Below, one piece after another: positions 10,614 through 19,797 of a stretch of 64,000 nucleotides of DNA. Positions within the stretch are counted from its first letter, which is position 1. Every line of letters starts with the position of its first letter. The translations under genes and the position numbers were made by a program. The notes under the pieces are model-generated. The model worked only from the letters and a program-made list of their open reading frames with translations, searched no databases and was not told the origin of the DNA. Origin of the DNA: an uncultured Clostridia bacterium (GTDB taxonomy: Bacteria > Bacillota > Clostridia > Christensenellales > UBA1242); contig CAKVHI010000005.1 of the NCBI GenBank assembly GCA_934747965.1, positions 16,856-80,855 of the forward strand. Direction: 5' to 3'.

Positions 10614-13220
10614 ATGAAGAAGATAGATTATAGTGAAGAATTACTAAAAATTGAAGATAACACAAAAATAGAAAATATAGAAATAAAAGACACCTTAAAA
10701 GTTTCTTTTATGCAATATGCAAAAGCAGTTAACATTTCTCGTGCTATTCCAGATGTTCGAGATGGTTTAAAACCTGTTCAAAGACGAATTGTTTACGCAA
10801 TGGGTGAAATGGGTTTAACAAGTGATAAACCAACAAGAAAATGTGCAAAGATTGTCGGCGAAGTTTTGGGTAAGTATCACCCTCATGGTGATAGCTCGGT
10901 TTACGATGCTTTGGTGCGTCTTGCACAAGATTTTACTATAAATGAACCCCTAGTTTTTGGTCAAGGTAACTTTGGCTCGGTAGACGGCGATTCTGCGGCT
11001 GCTTATCGTTATACTGAAGCGAAATTAAGCAAAGTTGCTTATGAAATGCTAAGAGATATCGAAAAAGATACCGTAGATTTTAAAGACAACTTTGACGCAT
11101 CAGAGCGTGAACCCGTTGTCCTTCCAAGCAGATTTCCAAACATTTTGGTTAATGGAAGTGATGGTATTGCCGTTGGTATGGCAACAAATATTCCGCCACA
11201 TAACCTTAATGAAGTTATAAACGGCGTTATTGCACTGATTGATGATCCTGAAATAACAATAGATGATTTGATGACATATATTCCAGCCCCAGACTATCCA
11301 ACAAAGGCACTAATTATGGGCACAACGGCTTTAAGGCACGCCTACAAAACAGGTAGAGGCGGAATAATTTTAAGAAGTCGAACAGAAATTGAAGAATATA
11401 CTAACGGCAAAAGTCGTATTATCGTAACAGAACTTCCTTATCAAGTTAACAAGGCAAGATTAATAGAAACTATTGCAGGTCTTGTTAATGATAAGAAAAT
11501 TGAAGGTATTTCTAACCTTAATGATGAAAGCGATCGTAACGGAATGAGAATTGTAATTGATATCAAAAAAGATTATAACCCTCAAGTTATTCTAAATTAT
11601 TTGTTCAAACACACACAACTTCAAGTTTCAAACGGAATTATCTTTTTGGCTATTGTCAATGGTGCTCCAAAAATTTGCAATCTTAAAGAAATTTTGGAGT
11701 GTTATCTTGCTCATCAAAAAGAAATTATTGTAAGAAGAACAAAATACGACAAACAGCGTGCCGAAGAAAGAGCACATATTTTGGAAGGTTTGGTTATAGC
11801 CTTGGCAAGCATTGATGAAGTTATTGCACTAATCAAAGCATCTGGTGATAAGGTTGAAGCAAGCATAAAACTTCAAGAAACTTTTGGTTTAACTGAAATT
11901 CAAGCACAAGCAATTTTGGATATGCGACTTCAAAGATTGACGGGGTTGGAAGTGCAAAAAATTAAGGAAGAACTTGAAAACTTAAAAGTGGCTATCGCTG
12001 ATTTCATAGACATTCTATCACATGAAAGTCGTGTTCTTGACATAATAAAAACCGAACTTACAGAAATTAAAGAAAAATATGGAAATGAGAGAAAAACTGA
12101 AATTACTCTTGATTATTCAGATATAGACATTGCAGATTTGATTGAAAAAGAAGATGTTGTTATTTCTTTAACTCATCAAGGATATATTAAGCGTATCCCT
12201 GTAAATGAATATCGCAGTCAAAATCGTGGTGGAAGAGGAGTTTCAAGCCATAAAACAAAAGAAGAAGATTATGTAGAAAACATTTTTATTTCATCAACTC
12301 ATGATGATGTTATGTTCTTTACAAATCTTGGAAGAGTTTACAGAATCAAAGCGTATGAAATTCCTGAAGCAGGCAAAAGTGCAAAAGGAAGAGCAATGAT
12401 TAACTTATTGCAATTATCGGCAGGCGAAAGAGTTACAGCAACAATTCCTGTTAAAGAGAACAAAGAAGTTGGAACTTTGATTATGGCAACAAAAAATGGA
12501 CTAATCAAACGAACAAATGTCAGTGAATTTGCAAGCATCCGAAAGGTTGGTAAAATTGCAATAAAATTAAATGATAATGATGAATTAATTAATGTTCAAT
12601 ATAGCGAAGGCAATAGTGATGTTTTGTGTGCATCAAATCATGGAAAATGTATAAGATTTAATGAAAATGATGTTCGAGAAATGGGAAGAACGGCACAAGG
12701 CGTTAAATGTATGAACATTGCAAAAGATGATTATATTGTTGATATGATTGTTTTAAAAGAAGGATACGATATTTTAACTATTTCAAGTTTAGGATACGGA
12801 AAACGTAGTGATCCCGAAGATTATAGAACTCAAGGAAGAAACGGAAAAGGTGTTTTCGCTGGAATATTTAATGAAAAAACAGGCAACCTAGTTAACCTAA
12901 AACAAGTTAAAGACGATGAAGATATAATTCTTGTTACAGACCACGGAACATTAATAAAAATTCACGCAGACAAAATTTCTAAAATCGGAAGAACAACACA
13001 AGGTGTTAAAGTTATGAAACTTGCTGAACATGAAAAGATTGTGTCTATCACAACAGCACAGCGAGAAGAAGATGAAGAAACTTTGGATGAAAATGAAAGC
13101 TCTCAAAATTTGCAAGAAAATTCTAACACAGAAGATAAAAGCGTAGCAGACAGTGAAAATGATACTTTAACAAATCAAGAGGATTTGAATTTAGATAATA
13201 ATGATAAAGAAGGAGAATAA
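10614..13220 (+). CDS. gyrA: DNA gyrase subunit A
   Basis: 'RAIPDVRDGLKPVQRRI', 'HPHGDSSVYDALVRLAQ' (QRDR region) and 'AAAYRYTEAKL' (active-site Tyr). Acidic C-terminal tail. Confidence 0.98.
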   Translation: MKKIDYSEELLKIEDNTKIENIEIKDTLKVSFMQYAKAVNISRAIPDVRDGLKPVQRRIVYAMGEMGLTSDKPTRKCAKIVGEVLGKYHPHGDSSVYDALVRLAQDFTINEPLVFGQGNFGSVDGDSAAAYRYTEAKLSKVAYEMLRDIEKDTVDFKDNFDASEREPVVLPSRFPNILVNGSDGIAVGMATNIPPHNLNEVINGVIALIDDPEITIDDLMTYIPAPDYPTKALIMGTTALRHAYKTGRGGIILRSRTEIEEYTNGKSRIIVTELPYQVNKARLIETIAGLVNDKKIEGISNLNDESDRNGMRIVIDIKKDYNPQVILNYLFKHTQLQVSNGIIFLAIVNGAPKICNLKEILECYLAHQKEIIVRRTKYDKQRAEERAHILEGLVIALASIDEVIALIKASGDKVEASIKLQETFGLTEIQAQAILDMRLQRLTGLEVQKIKEELENLKVAIADFIDILSHESRVLDIIKTELTEIKEKYGNERKTEITLDYSDIDIADLIEKEDVVISLTHQGYIKRIPVNEYRSQNRGGRGVSSHKTKEEDYVENIFISSTHDDVMFFTNLGRVYRIKAYEIPEAGKSAKGRAMINLLQLSAGERVTATIPVKENKEVGTLIMATKNGLIKRTNVSEFASIRKVGKIAIKLNDNDELINVQYSEGNSDVLCASNHGKCIRFNENDVREMGRTAQGVKCMNIAKDDYIVDMIVLKEGYDILTISSLGYGKRSDPEDYRTQGRNGKGVFAGIFNEKTGNLVNLKQVKDDEDIILVTDHGTLIKIHADKISKIGRTTQGVKVMKLAEHEKIVSITTAQREEDEETLDENESSQNLQENSNTEDKSVADSENDTLTNQEDLNLDNNDKEGE

Positions 13221-13222
13221 TT

Positions 13223-13627
13223 ATGAAAAAATTAACATTACCTGTAATTTCTATTTTGTCAACTTTAGGCATATTTAATGCATTGGTGTTTTGCTTGTGC
13301 AAAAACCTTACAAATAACTTTTGGTGCGGTTATGTGTTTATAACACTTTCTCTTTTAATTGTGCTTTTAAGTTATATTATTTCAGCATTTCGTAAAAATC
13401 CTGATGTTGTTTCTGGCTTATCAATAAAAACATTAAGCATTTATTATTTTATTTATGAACTTGTTTTGGGAAGCAGTTTGATGTATTTTAACATAAGTTT
13501 AACGGCAGTTCTACTTCCTCAAATTATTAGTTTCTTTATATTTATTCCTATATATGCTTTGGCTATTTCAAAAATAGGAACAGAACAAACAAATGACAAA
13601 ACTGAACAAAAAAATGAAAATAAATAA
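13223..13627 (+). CDS. Hypothetical small membrane protein
   Basis: Four hydrophobic segments. Starts 2 nt after the gyrA stop with SD GAAGGAG. A strong terminator follows. Confidence 0.5.
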   Translation: MKKLTLPVISILSTLGIFNALVFCLCKNLTNNFWCGYVFITLSLLIVLLSYIISAFRKNPDVVSGLSIKTLSIYYFIYELVLGSSLMYFNISLTAVLLPQIISFFIFIPIYALAISKIGTEQTNDKTEQKNENK

Positions 13628-13635
13628 TGTTTAAC

Positions 13636-13667
13636 AAAAAACGCAGGCTGTTTGCCTGCGTTTTTTT
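13636..13667 (+). terminator. Rho-independent terminator of the gyrBA operon
   Basis: ACGCAGGC (13641-13648), 5-nt loop, GCCTGCGT (13654-13661), then a T-run. Confidence 0.85.
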
Positions 13668-13872
13668 GTTTTAAATGTGGTTAAAAACTTTTGTTAATAA
13701 TTTTAATATCTATGCTTTCTAAATCATTTTTAAATTTAAAATGTGTGAAAATAATTTTGCTTGATGTTTAAATGCTAATTGTAAGCCCTTTAACGCTCCG
13801 ATATCTTTGCAAAAATGAAAACCTAAAACATTGTTATCTCCTAGATTTTGATAATACAATAAATATCAAAAT

Positions 13873-14715
13873 CTATATTTCAGTTTTATCGGGGGTTTCA
13901 ACCTTGTGTGCCAAAATTGGCTTACCTTTTTGCTTTTTGTTTTTAATTAATGCGATTATAAACAAAATTATTACTAAAACGACAGTTGATATTAGTGCAA
14001 TAACATACCAATTTACGGGCTTAAATTGAATTGTGTAGGTGCTAATTTCTTGATCAGCATCCAAAATATCCCATTCATGATAGTGTATTCCATCTATTTC
14101 ATAATGATAAGTTGCGTTTGAATGCAATTTGCTTTCTGGAGTTGCAAAAACATACGATAATTCAGCATCATCTTCAGAAAAATTGTTTCTAAAGTATTCA
14201 ATAAAACTGTTAGTTAAATATTTAGCATCTTCGGTTGAAAAAATAGTTTTGCCTTTTGTTGTGTTTTTGTTAAACAAAAATTCTTTTTCTGTGTCAGAAT
14301 TGTTGTTGCTTTCACTGTCTTCTTCTAAGTGCAAGCCGTAAAAATATTTAAAAGCACTGTAGTTTTTGAAAGTTAAACTTGCAATGATATAATTGTCTTT
14401 TTCATCAACACTTCCAATAACATTGTTTTTAACTGCAATTTTTTGAATTTCCAAAAGATTGTCATTTCTGTCATCAAAGGCTTTAAAAATAGCATTAATA
14501 TAAACATTCATCTTTGATTTTATATCTTTTTTTACTTGAGCTATTTTAAACCCAGCATTAACTATTTTATCTTCATCAAGTTTAACCGCTAAGGCATCTA
14601 TTATTGTTCCGTCATTGTAAATAACTCGTTGATATTGAACTTTAGCACAACCAGTCAATGCTAGAATGGTTACTAAGCATACCACGCAAACAGCCATTTT
14701 CTTTAATATTTTCAT
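13873..14715 (-). CDS. Hypothetical lipoprotein with C-terminal TM anchor
   Basis: Signal peptide with lipobox 'LALTGC'. C-terminal hydrophobic helix 'WYVIALISTVVLVIILFIIALI' followed by KNKKQKGK. Confidence 0.6.
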   Translation of the reverse strand: MKILKKMAVCVVCLVTILALTGCAKVQYQRVIYNDGTIIDALAVKLDEDKIVNAGFKIAQVKKDIKSKMNVYINAIFKAFDDRNDNLLEIQKIAVKNNVIGSVDEKDNYIIASLTFKNYSAFKYFYGLHLEEDSESNNNSDTEKEFLFNKNTTKGKTIFSTEDAKYLTNSFIEYFRNNFSEDDAELSYVFATPESKLHSNATYHYEIDGIHYHEWDILDADQEISTYTIQFKPVNWYVIALISTVVLVIILFIIALIKNKKQKGKPILAHKVETPDKTEI

Positions 14716-14853
14716 ACATATAATATATTACAAGCAAAACTAAAATAAAACAAGTTTTTTGTGCCAAAAAAATATTTTTTGTCTTTTTAATCAAATTTTT
14801 TAATATGTAATCTAAAATTAACATTTTAATAATGTTTTATATTCATTTTGCAT

Positions 14854-14888
14854 TTAAAAAAAGAAACACTACCGAAATAATGTTTCCT
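14854..14888 (-). terminator. Terminator downstream of the rubrerythrin gene
   Basis: On the minus strand: GAAACA, 12-nt loop, TGTTTC, followed by T7. Confidence 0.55.
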
Positions 14889-14894
14889 ATTTTT

Positions 14895-15587
14895 CTACTT
14901 TTTTGCTTTTAAATCTTTGCAAGAAGTACACTCACAATTTTTTGTTTTCAAATTTTTTGTGTCCATATCACTAACAACACAATCTTTTAAAGTTTTTCCC
15001 GTTTCAAAAGGAACTTCAACATATCCTTGAGGCATACTGCATAAATCGCAAACTTTCCAAGCCTTATTTTGTGTGTGCTCATTTCCACAATTAGAACACT
15101 TCCACTTTATCGGTGTTTTTGATTCATACAAAGTTTTGTTGTTTAATCCTTCATAAATTTGTTTTACAAGCATGTAATGACAGTTTTCAACGCTTGCCAC
15201 TCTATCAAAAATTTCAGCAACATCCTCAAAGCCCTCTTTTCTTGCCACATCGGCAAAACTTGGATAAATTTTATCTGCTTCTAGTTTTTCATCTTCCATA
15301 GTATATTTAAAGTGTTCAATTAGTGTTCCAAACTTAAAAGGATAGCCTGCGTTTATGTCTATGTTTGTAACAACCTTGCTAGAATTGTTAACTATTTGGT
15401 CAAAAAATGTTTTTGCGTGTGCCATTTCATTTTTTGCCAACGTTTTTACGGTGTTAGACAAAAAGTTATAACCTTCATTCAAACATTGTTTGCTCAAAAA
15501 TTGATACCTTGCACCTGCTTGACATTCGCCAGCAAAACCTCGTGCTAAATTTTTGTATGTTTCACTTTTTTCAAATTTTATGCTCAT
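14895..15587 (-). CDS. rbr: Rubrerythrin with a Cys-rich C-terminal extension
   Basis: Diiron four-helix-bundle motifs 'NLARGFAGECQAGARYQF' and 'EMAHAK'. Rubredoxin-like 'CSNCG...CDLC'. An extra ~35-aa tail carries 'CECTSC'. SD GGGGGA. Confidence 0.85.
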   Translation of the reverse strand: MSIKFEKSETYKNLARGFAGECQAGARYQFLSKQCLNEGYNFLSNTVKTLAKNEMAHAKTFFDQIVNNSSKVVTNIDINAGYPFKFGTLIEHFKYTMEDEKLEADKIYPSFADVARKEGFEDVAEIFDRVASVENCHYMLVKQIYEGLNNKTLYESKTPIKWKCSNCGNEHTQNKAWKVCDLCSMPQGYVEVPFETGKTLKDCVVSDMDTKNLKTKNCECTSCKDLKAKK

Positions 15588-15643
15588 ATTTTCCCCCTTG
15601 ATGTTAAATTTTTGGCAAAAGAAAAGATTTTATACAAAAATAT

Positions 15644-15672
15644 TTGTAAAAAATTTTAATATAAGATAAAAT
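15644..15672 (+). promoter_or_regulatory. Promoter abutting the CYTH gene ATG (leaderless geometry)
   Basis: TTGTAA (15644-15649), 17 nt, TAAAAT (15667-15672), 6 nt, ATG at 15679. No SD. Confidence 0.55.
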
Positions 15673-15678
15673 ATTACT

Positions 15679-16431
15679 ATGAGAAATATTCAAGGTCAAG
15701 AAGAAGAAAAGTTTTATTTGAGTGAAGAAAATCAATACTCAAAGATTTATGACATATTAACGCATATGCCAAACTTTGTGTTGTCGAATGAAACTCAAGA
15801 GTATTATTGTGACTATTTTTATGACACTCCCGATAAATTCTTAGAACAAAACCGAGCAACAGTCAGGGTTAGAAAACTTGATGACAAGCAAATTTTGTCG
15901 ATTAAATATATAAGCTCAAATGCTCTTCAGCAAGAAAAAGTGCGTGAAGCTTATTTGGATATGCCCCTAGATGCCGATTTGCCATCATATCGAGAAGCAC
16001 AACTTTTTTTGTCTAACAAAATAAACGATGTGTATGCAAGTTATTTAGATATAGATTTGGTAAGAAAAATGCGAGATCTAAAAGTCTTTTTGGTGATTTA
16101 CACTGACCGCACAAAGATTGAAATGAAAAATAACCGTGAAACAATTATTTTTGTTAATTTTGACAGATTAAATTATCAATCAAAATTTTTAAAAGGCGAA
16201 GATAGCACTGTTAAATTTGTTTTAGCAAACTATCCCGACCAAACAAATTTAGAGATTTTTCATCATTTTATTAAAGAAATTAATAAACGCGTTTATATTA
16301 TAAACGATAATGAAAGCAAATTTGAAGCGGGAAAACGAATCTTTAATTATGACAGATTTAACAAAAAACCTGTTGAAGAAGAGTATGATGAAGAAGACGA
16401 AAGCGATACAGATGATAACAAGAAAGAATAA
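15679..16431 (+). CDS. CYTH-domain protein (CyaB/thiamine-triphosphatase superfamily) with acidic tail
   Basis: N-terminal 'QEEEKFYL' matches the ExExK CYTH signature. 'ATVRVRKL' follows. C-terminal 'EEEYDEEDESDTDD'. Confidence 0.7.
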   Translation: MRNIQGQEEEKFYLSEENQYSKIYDILTHMPNFVLSNETQEYYCDYFYDTPDKFLEQNRATVRVRKLDDKQILSIKYISSNALQQEKVREAYLDMPLDADLPSYREAQLFLSNKINDVYASYLDIDLVRKMRDLKVFLVIYTDRTKIEMKNNRETIIFVNFDRLNYQSKFLKGEDSTVKFVLANYPDQTNLEIFHHFIKEINKRVYIINDNESKFEAGKRIFNYDRFNKKPVEEEYDEEDESDTDDNKKE

Positions 16432-16475
16432 ATTTGCCCTTGGAATATCTTAAAAAAAACTTATTTAAACTTAAG

Positions 16476-16508
16476 CCTTACACTAAAAACTAATGTGTAA
16501 GGTTTTTG
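16476..16508 (+). terminator. Rho-independent terminator
   Basis: CCTTACAC (16476-16483), 11-nt loop, GTGTAAGG (16495-16502), then TTTTT. Confidence 0.8.
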
Positions 16509-16650
16509 TTTCTTTAGAATTTAGTTATAAAACAAAAAAAATGCAAATATAAATATTTTAGAATTTGATTTTTGACAAAAAAAGTAAAATTAAAACAAAT
16601 TTCTTTTGTGAAAATTAAAATAAAATAATATAAAATTAAAGGTGGGATAT

Positions 16651-17418
16651 ATGCATTTTGTAGTTGTAAAAATGAAATCTCTTATAATGTTTGTGGCTGT
16701 AATGCTCACTATTGTTATGCTGTCAGTAAGCATAAACGGAAATACTGCGGCGTCTGTCTATTTTGGAAATAGTTTCAGAAAAGTGCCTATTTACAATGTA
16801 AAGACAGATGAAAAAGTTGTTGCAATCAGTTTTGATGCAGCTTGGGGTGCTGACAAAACAGAAAAAATTATGGAAATTTTGAAAGAATATGATGCAAACG
16901 CAACATTTTTCTTAGTTGGTTTTTGGGTTGAAAATTATCCAGAAATTGCAAAAAAAATTTCTGAAAATGGCTTTGAAATAGGCACACATTCTAACACACA
17001 TCCAGACATGGTTAAACTTGACAGTGATCAAATGAAGTTAGAACTTGAAACAAGCATAAAAATAATTGAAAACACAACTCAAGCCAAAGTTGAATTGTTT
17101 AGACCTCCGTATGGAAGTTATAATAACAATTTAATTGATGTTGCTGAAAGCCTAAATCTTAAAACAATTCAGTGGGATGTTGACAGTTTAGACTGGAAAG
17201 GAATTAGTGCGGTAGACATCACAACTCGAATTTTAAACAAAGTGTTTAATGGCTCAATCATACTTTGTCATAACAATTCTGACCATATCCTTGATGCTCT
17301 TCCAATAGTTTTGGATAGACTAAACAAACGAGGATATAAAGTTAAATGCATCGGCGACATAATCTATAAGGATAACTACACAATAAATAATCAAGGCACA
17401 CAACTAAAAAATGCATAA
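16651..17418 (+). CDS. Polysaccharide deacetylase (NodB homology), sporulation PdaB-like
   Basis: N-terminal TM. 'ISFDAAWG', 'ATFFLVG', 'GTHSNTHPDM' and 'FRPPYGSYN' are NodB motifs, and the FDxxWG variant is as in PdaB. The exact start (16642, 16651 or 16672) is uncertain. Confidence 0.75.
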   Translation: MHFVVVKMKSLIMFVAVMLTIVMLSVSINGNTAASVYFGNSFRKVPIYNVKTDEKVVAISFDAAWGADKTEKIMEILKEYDANATFFLVGFWVENYPEIAKKISENGFEIGTHSNTHPDMVKLDSDQMKLELETSIKIIENTTQAKVELFRPPYGSYNNNLIDVAESLNLKTIQWDVDSLDWKGISAVDITTRILNKVFNGSIILCHNNSDHILDALPIVLDRLNKRGYKVKCIGDIIYKDNYTINNQGTQLKNA

Positions 17419-17442
17419 AGAAAAACTTAAGGAGAATTTTAT

Positions 17443-18114
17443 ATGAATTACGAATTATTGCAAAATAACGAGGTGCAACTTTGGGGCAAAATCGCATCAA
17501 GCCCTGTTTATAGCCACACGGTTATCGACGAAAAGTTTTATGAATTTAATTTGGATGTTCCAAGACTTAGCGATTCAAGTGATATAATTCCAATAACTAT
17601 ATCCGAAAAATTATTATTAAACAAAGATTTTTCTTTAAATTCAGTTGTGGCTTTAACAGGACAATTTAGAAGTTACAACAAGGTTGTTGACGGAAAAAGC
17701 AAACTTATGCTAACAGTTTTTGTTAGGGAAGTGTGCGACGTAGACACAAATAAAAATCCAAACTTAATAACATTAAAGGGGTTTTTATGCAAAGAACCAA
17801 TTTTCAGAACAACACCTTTTAAAAGAGAAATTACAGATATTTTGCTTGCAGTAAACAGGGCTTATAACAAAAGCGATTATATTCCTGCCATTGCCTGGGG
17901 AAGAAATGCTCGGTTTGTTAAAGATTTGCCTGTAGGAACAAAACTTGAAATTGAAGGAAGAATACAATCAAGAATTTATCAAAAAAAATTAAGTGAAACC
18001 CAAACTGAACAAAGAACGGCTTATGAAATTTCAATTTCACAACTAAAAATTATAGAAAACGAACCAATTACAACTGCAGAACTTACAAGACAGAGCAATC
18101 AGGCTATAGAATAA
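17443..18114 (+). CDS. OB-fold, SSB-like protein (two tandem OB halves)
   Basis: Two repeats of an 'N.V.L.G.I...P....' / 'V.L.G.FRSYN...GKSKL.L.VFV' type pattern. SD AAGGAG. The family call is from pattern only. Confidence 0.45.
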   Translation: MNYELLQNNEVQLWGKIASSPVYSHTVIDEKFYEFNLDVPRLSDSSDIIPITISEKLLLNKDFSLNSVVALTGQFRSYNKVVDGKSKLMLTVFVREVCDVDTNKNPNLITLKGFLCKEPIFRTTPFKREITDILLAVNRAYNKSDYIPAIAWGRNARFVKDLPVGTKLEIEGRIQSRIYQKKLSETQTEQRTAYEISISQLKIIENEPITTAELTRQSNQAIE

Positions 18115-18143
18115 TTTAAAATATTAAAAACATAAAAAAGATT

Positions 18144-18175
18144 AAAAAAACTGCTAAAACTAAGCAGTTTTTTTA
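18144..18175 (+). terminator. Rho-independent terminator
   Basis: ACTGCT, 7-nt loop, AGCAGT, flanked by A7 and T7. Confidence 0.7.
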
Positions 18176-18212
18176 ATGTAAAAAATTGTCAACCTTAAAT
18201 TTTTTAAAATTA

Positions 18213-18241
18213 TAGACAAAATAAAAATTTTAGGTTATAAT
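18213..18241 (+). promoter_or_regulatory. Promoter of rnpB
   Basis: TAGACA (18213-18218), 17 nt, TATAAT (18236-18241). The RNA 5' end is predicted about 7 nt downstream. Confidence 0.55.
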
Positions 18242-18247
18242 AATGTT

Positions 18248-18571
18248 GTTAGTTATCCAGACAAACGCGTGATTTTATCACGAGGAAAGTCCGAGCATCG
18301 CAGAACAGGGTGCTGGAGAAATCCCAGTGAGGGTGACCTTAAGGAAAGTGCAACAGAAAATAACCGCCACTTTGTGGTAAGGGTGAAAAAGTGAGGTAAG
18401 AGCTCACTAAGGTTAGGGTGATCTAGCCGTTGTGTAAACCCCACCTGATGCAAGGTAATGACTTTTGTGGGTTGTTCGCTCCATAGTCTATACACCGCTT
18501 GAACTTAATGGTAACATTAAGTCTAGATAGATGTTTGTCCAATACAGAACTCGGCTTACAGAATAACTAAC
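18248..18571 (+). ncRNA. rnpB: RNase P RNA (ribozyme subunit)
   Basis: P1 pairing GTTAGTTAT (18248-18256) with ATAACTAAC (18563-18571). Universally conserved 'GAGGAAAGTCCG' and 'ACAGAACTCGGCTTACAG'. Locally GC-rich. The 80-aa minus-strand ORF here is an artefact. Confidence 0.9.
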
Positions 18572-18575
18572 TTTT

Positions 18576-18598
18576 GCAAGGTTTTCCTTGCTTTTTTT
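18576..18598 (+). terminator. Terminator of rnpB
   Basis: GCAAGG, loop TTTT, CCTTGC, then T7. Confidence 0.8.
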
Positions 18599-18885
18599 AA
18601 TGTTATTTTTTATTAAATGCTATCACAACTTGGTTACTATATAATTTTTATTAGTTTTATTAATTTATTAAATATTATGTAATTTCTTTTTTATTTATAA
18701 ATTTTTATTGTTTCACGATCAACAAAATCACAAAAAACAAAGTTAAAATATTTTATGCAACTACTGTTGTAAAAAATTGTAACATCAACATTAAATTGGT
18801 TTATAATTTAAAAATTATATATTTTGATGAATATAAAACATTAAGCGGACGTTATTAATAAAACATAAAATGTTAAAATTAACTC

Positions 18886-18914
18886 TTGACAAACAATTCT
18901 ACTTGATGTATAAT
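18886..18914 (+). promoter_or_regulatory. Perfect consensus sigma-A promoter ahead of a ~160-nt leader
   Basis: TTGACA (18886-18891), 17 nt, TATAAT (18909-18914). Confidence 0.65.
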
Positions 18915-19079
18915 ACTAACATACAACATATCATTTCGACCATTCCGATATGTTTTGACTGGAGATTTCTTCTTTAGAATGGCAAAGAAACAAAGCAAAG
19001 TTAATTTGGCTGTGTTAATTTGCATTTTAAAGGAGGTTTTTTATATTACAGCTAAAAAATAATTTAAGGAGTATAAAAA

Positions 19080-19610
19080 ATGAAAGTATTAATTGGAACA
19101 AAAAATCCCGGCAAGATTGAGGGTGCAAAACAAGCGTTTGAAAAATTTTTTGAAAATGTTGAAATTGAAGGTGTTAAGGTTGATTCTAATGTGAGTGAAC
19201 AACCATTGAATGATGAAATTTATTTGGGGGCGAAAAATAGAGTCAATAATCTTATAGATTATGCAAAGAATAATAACATAGAAGCCGATTTTTATATTTC
19301 GGTTGAATCTGGCATAACAAATAAGTTTAATAAGTGGATGATAACAAATATTGCCGTAATTAAAAACAATTTTGGCTATGAGAGTGTTGGAACAAGTGCA
19401 AGTTTTCCTGTTCCTGAAAAATATGTTAATGAAATTTTAAGCACAGATTTAGGAAAAGTTATGGATAAACTTTTTGACAAAACAGATTTGCATAATTCAA
19501 CGGGCGGAGTTGGGCTTTTAACGCATGGGGTTGTAACAAGAATAGATCTTAATTTTTCGGCTTTCGTTATGGCACTAACTCAATTTGTTAATTCAAATTG
19601 GAAAAACTAA
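19080..19610 (+). CDS. Inosine/xanthosine triphosphatase (YjjX / DUF84 non-canonical purine NTPase)
   Basis: 'KVLIGTKNPGKIEGAKQAF', 'SNVSEQPLNDEIYLGAKNR' and 'YISVESGI' match the YjjX family pattern. SD AAGGAG 8 nt upstream. Confidence 0.75.
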   Translation: MKVLIGTKNPGKIEGAKQAFEKFFENVEIEGVKVDSNVSEQPLNDEIYLGAKNRVNNLIDYAKNNNIEADFYISVESGITNKFNKWMITNIAVIKNNFGYESVGTSASFPVPEKYVNEILSTDLGKVMDKLFDKTDLHNSTGGVGLLTHGVVTRIDLNFSAFVMALTQFVNSNWKN

Positions 19611-19642
19611 GTTTGCGTGTTTCAAAATGATTTAATAATTGC

Positions 19643-19670
19643 AAAAGAAAGATATATTCTTTCTTTTTTT
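19643..19670 (+). terminator. Rho-independent terminator
   Basis: AGAAAGA, loop TATA, TTCTTTCT, then a T-run. Confidence 0.65.
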
Positions 19671-19797
19671 ATAATTAAGTTATCAAAATTAAAAAATTAT
19701 AACAAGTTATGTTTTCTTTTGTCGAATGGCTATAAAACTTTTTTAAAATTCTTTACTTAATTTTTTGTTTTTTTATAATAAAAAATAGAGGTGTTTT

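Noticed and set aside
13628-13872. 245-bp gene-free gap after the gyrBA operon, considered as a possible sRNA locus
   Set aside because: It contains only the operon terminator and AT-rich sequence. I could find no promoter-plus-terminator pair or conserved-looking structure.
18253-18495. 80-aa minus-strand ORF in the track
   Set aside because: It lies entirely inside the RNase P RNA gene. That gene has conserved GAGGAAAGTCCG and ACAGAACTCGGCTTACAG boxes and a P1 stem. The ORF is a by-product of the GC-rich structured RNA.
18921-19079. Known riboswitch classes (purine, preQ1, ZTP, T-box) in the NTPase leader
   Set aside because: The conserved core sequences I know for these classes are not present. 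The region is kept only as an unclassified candidate leader.
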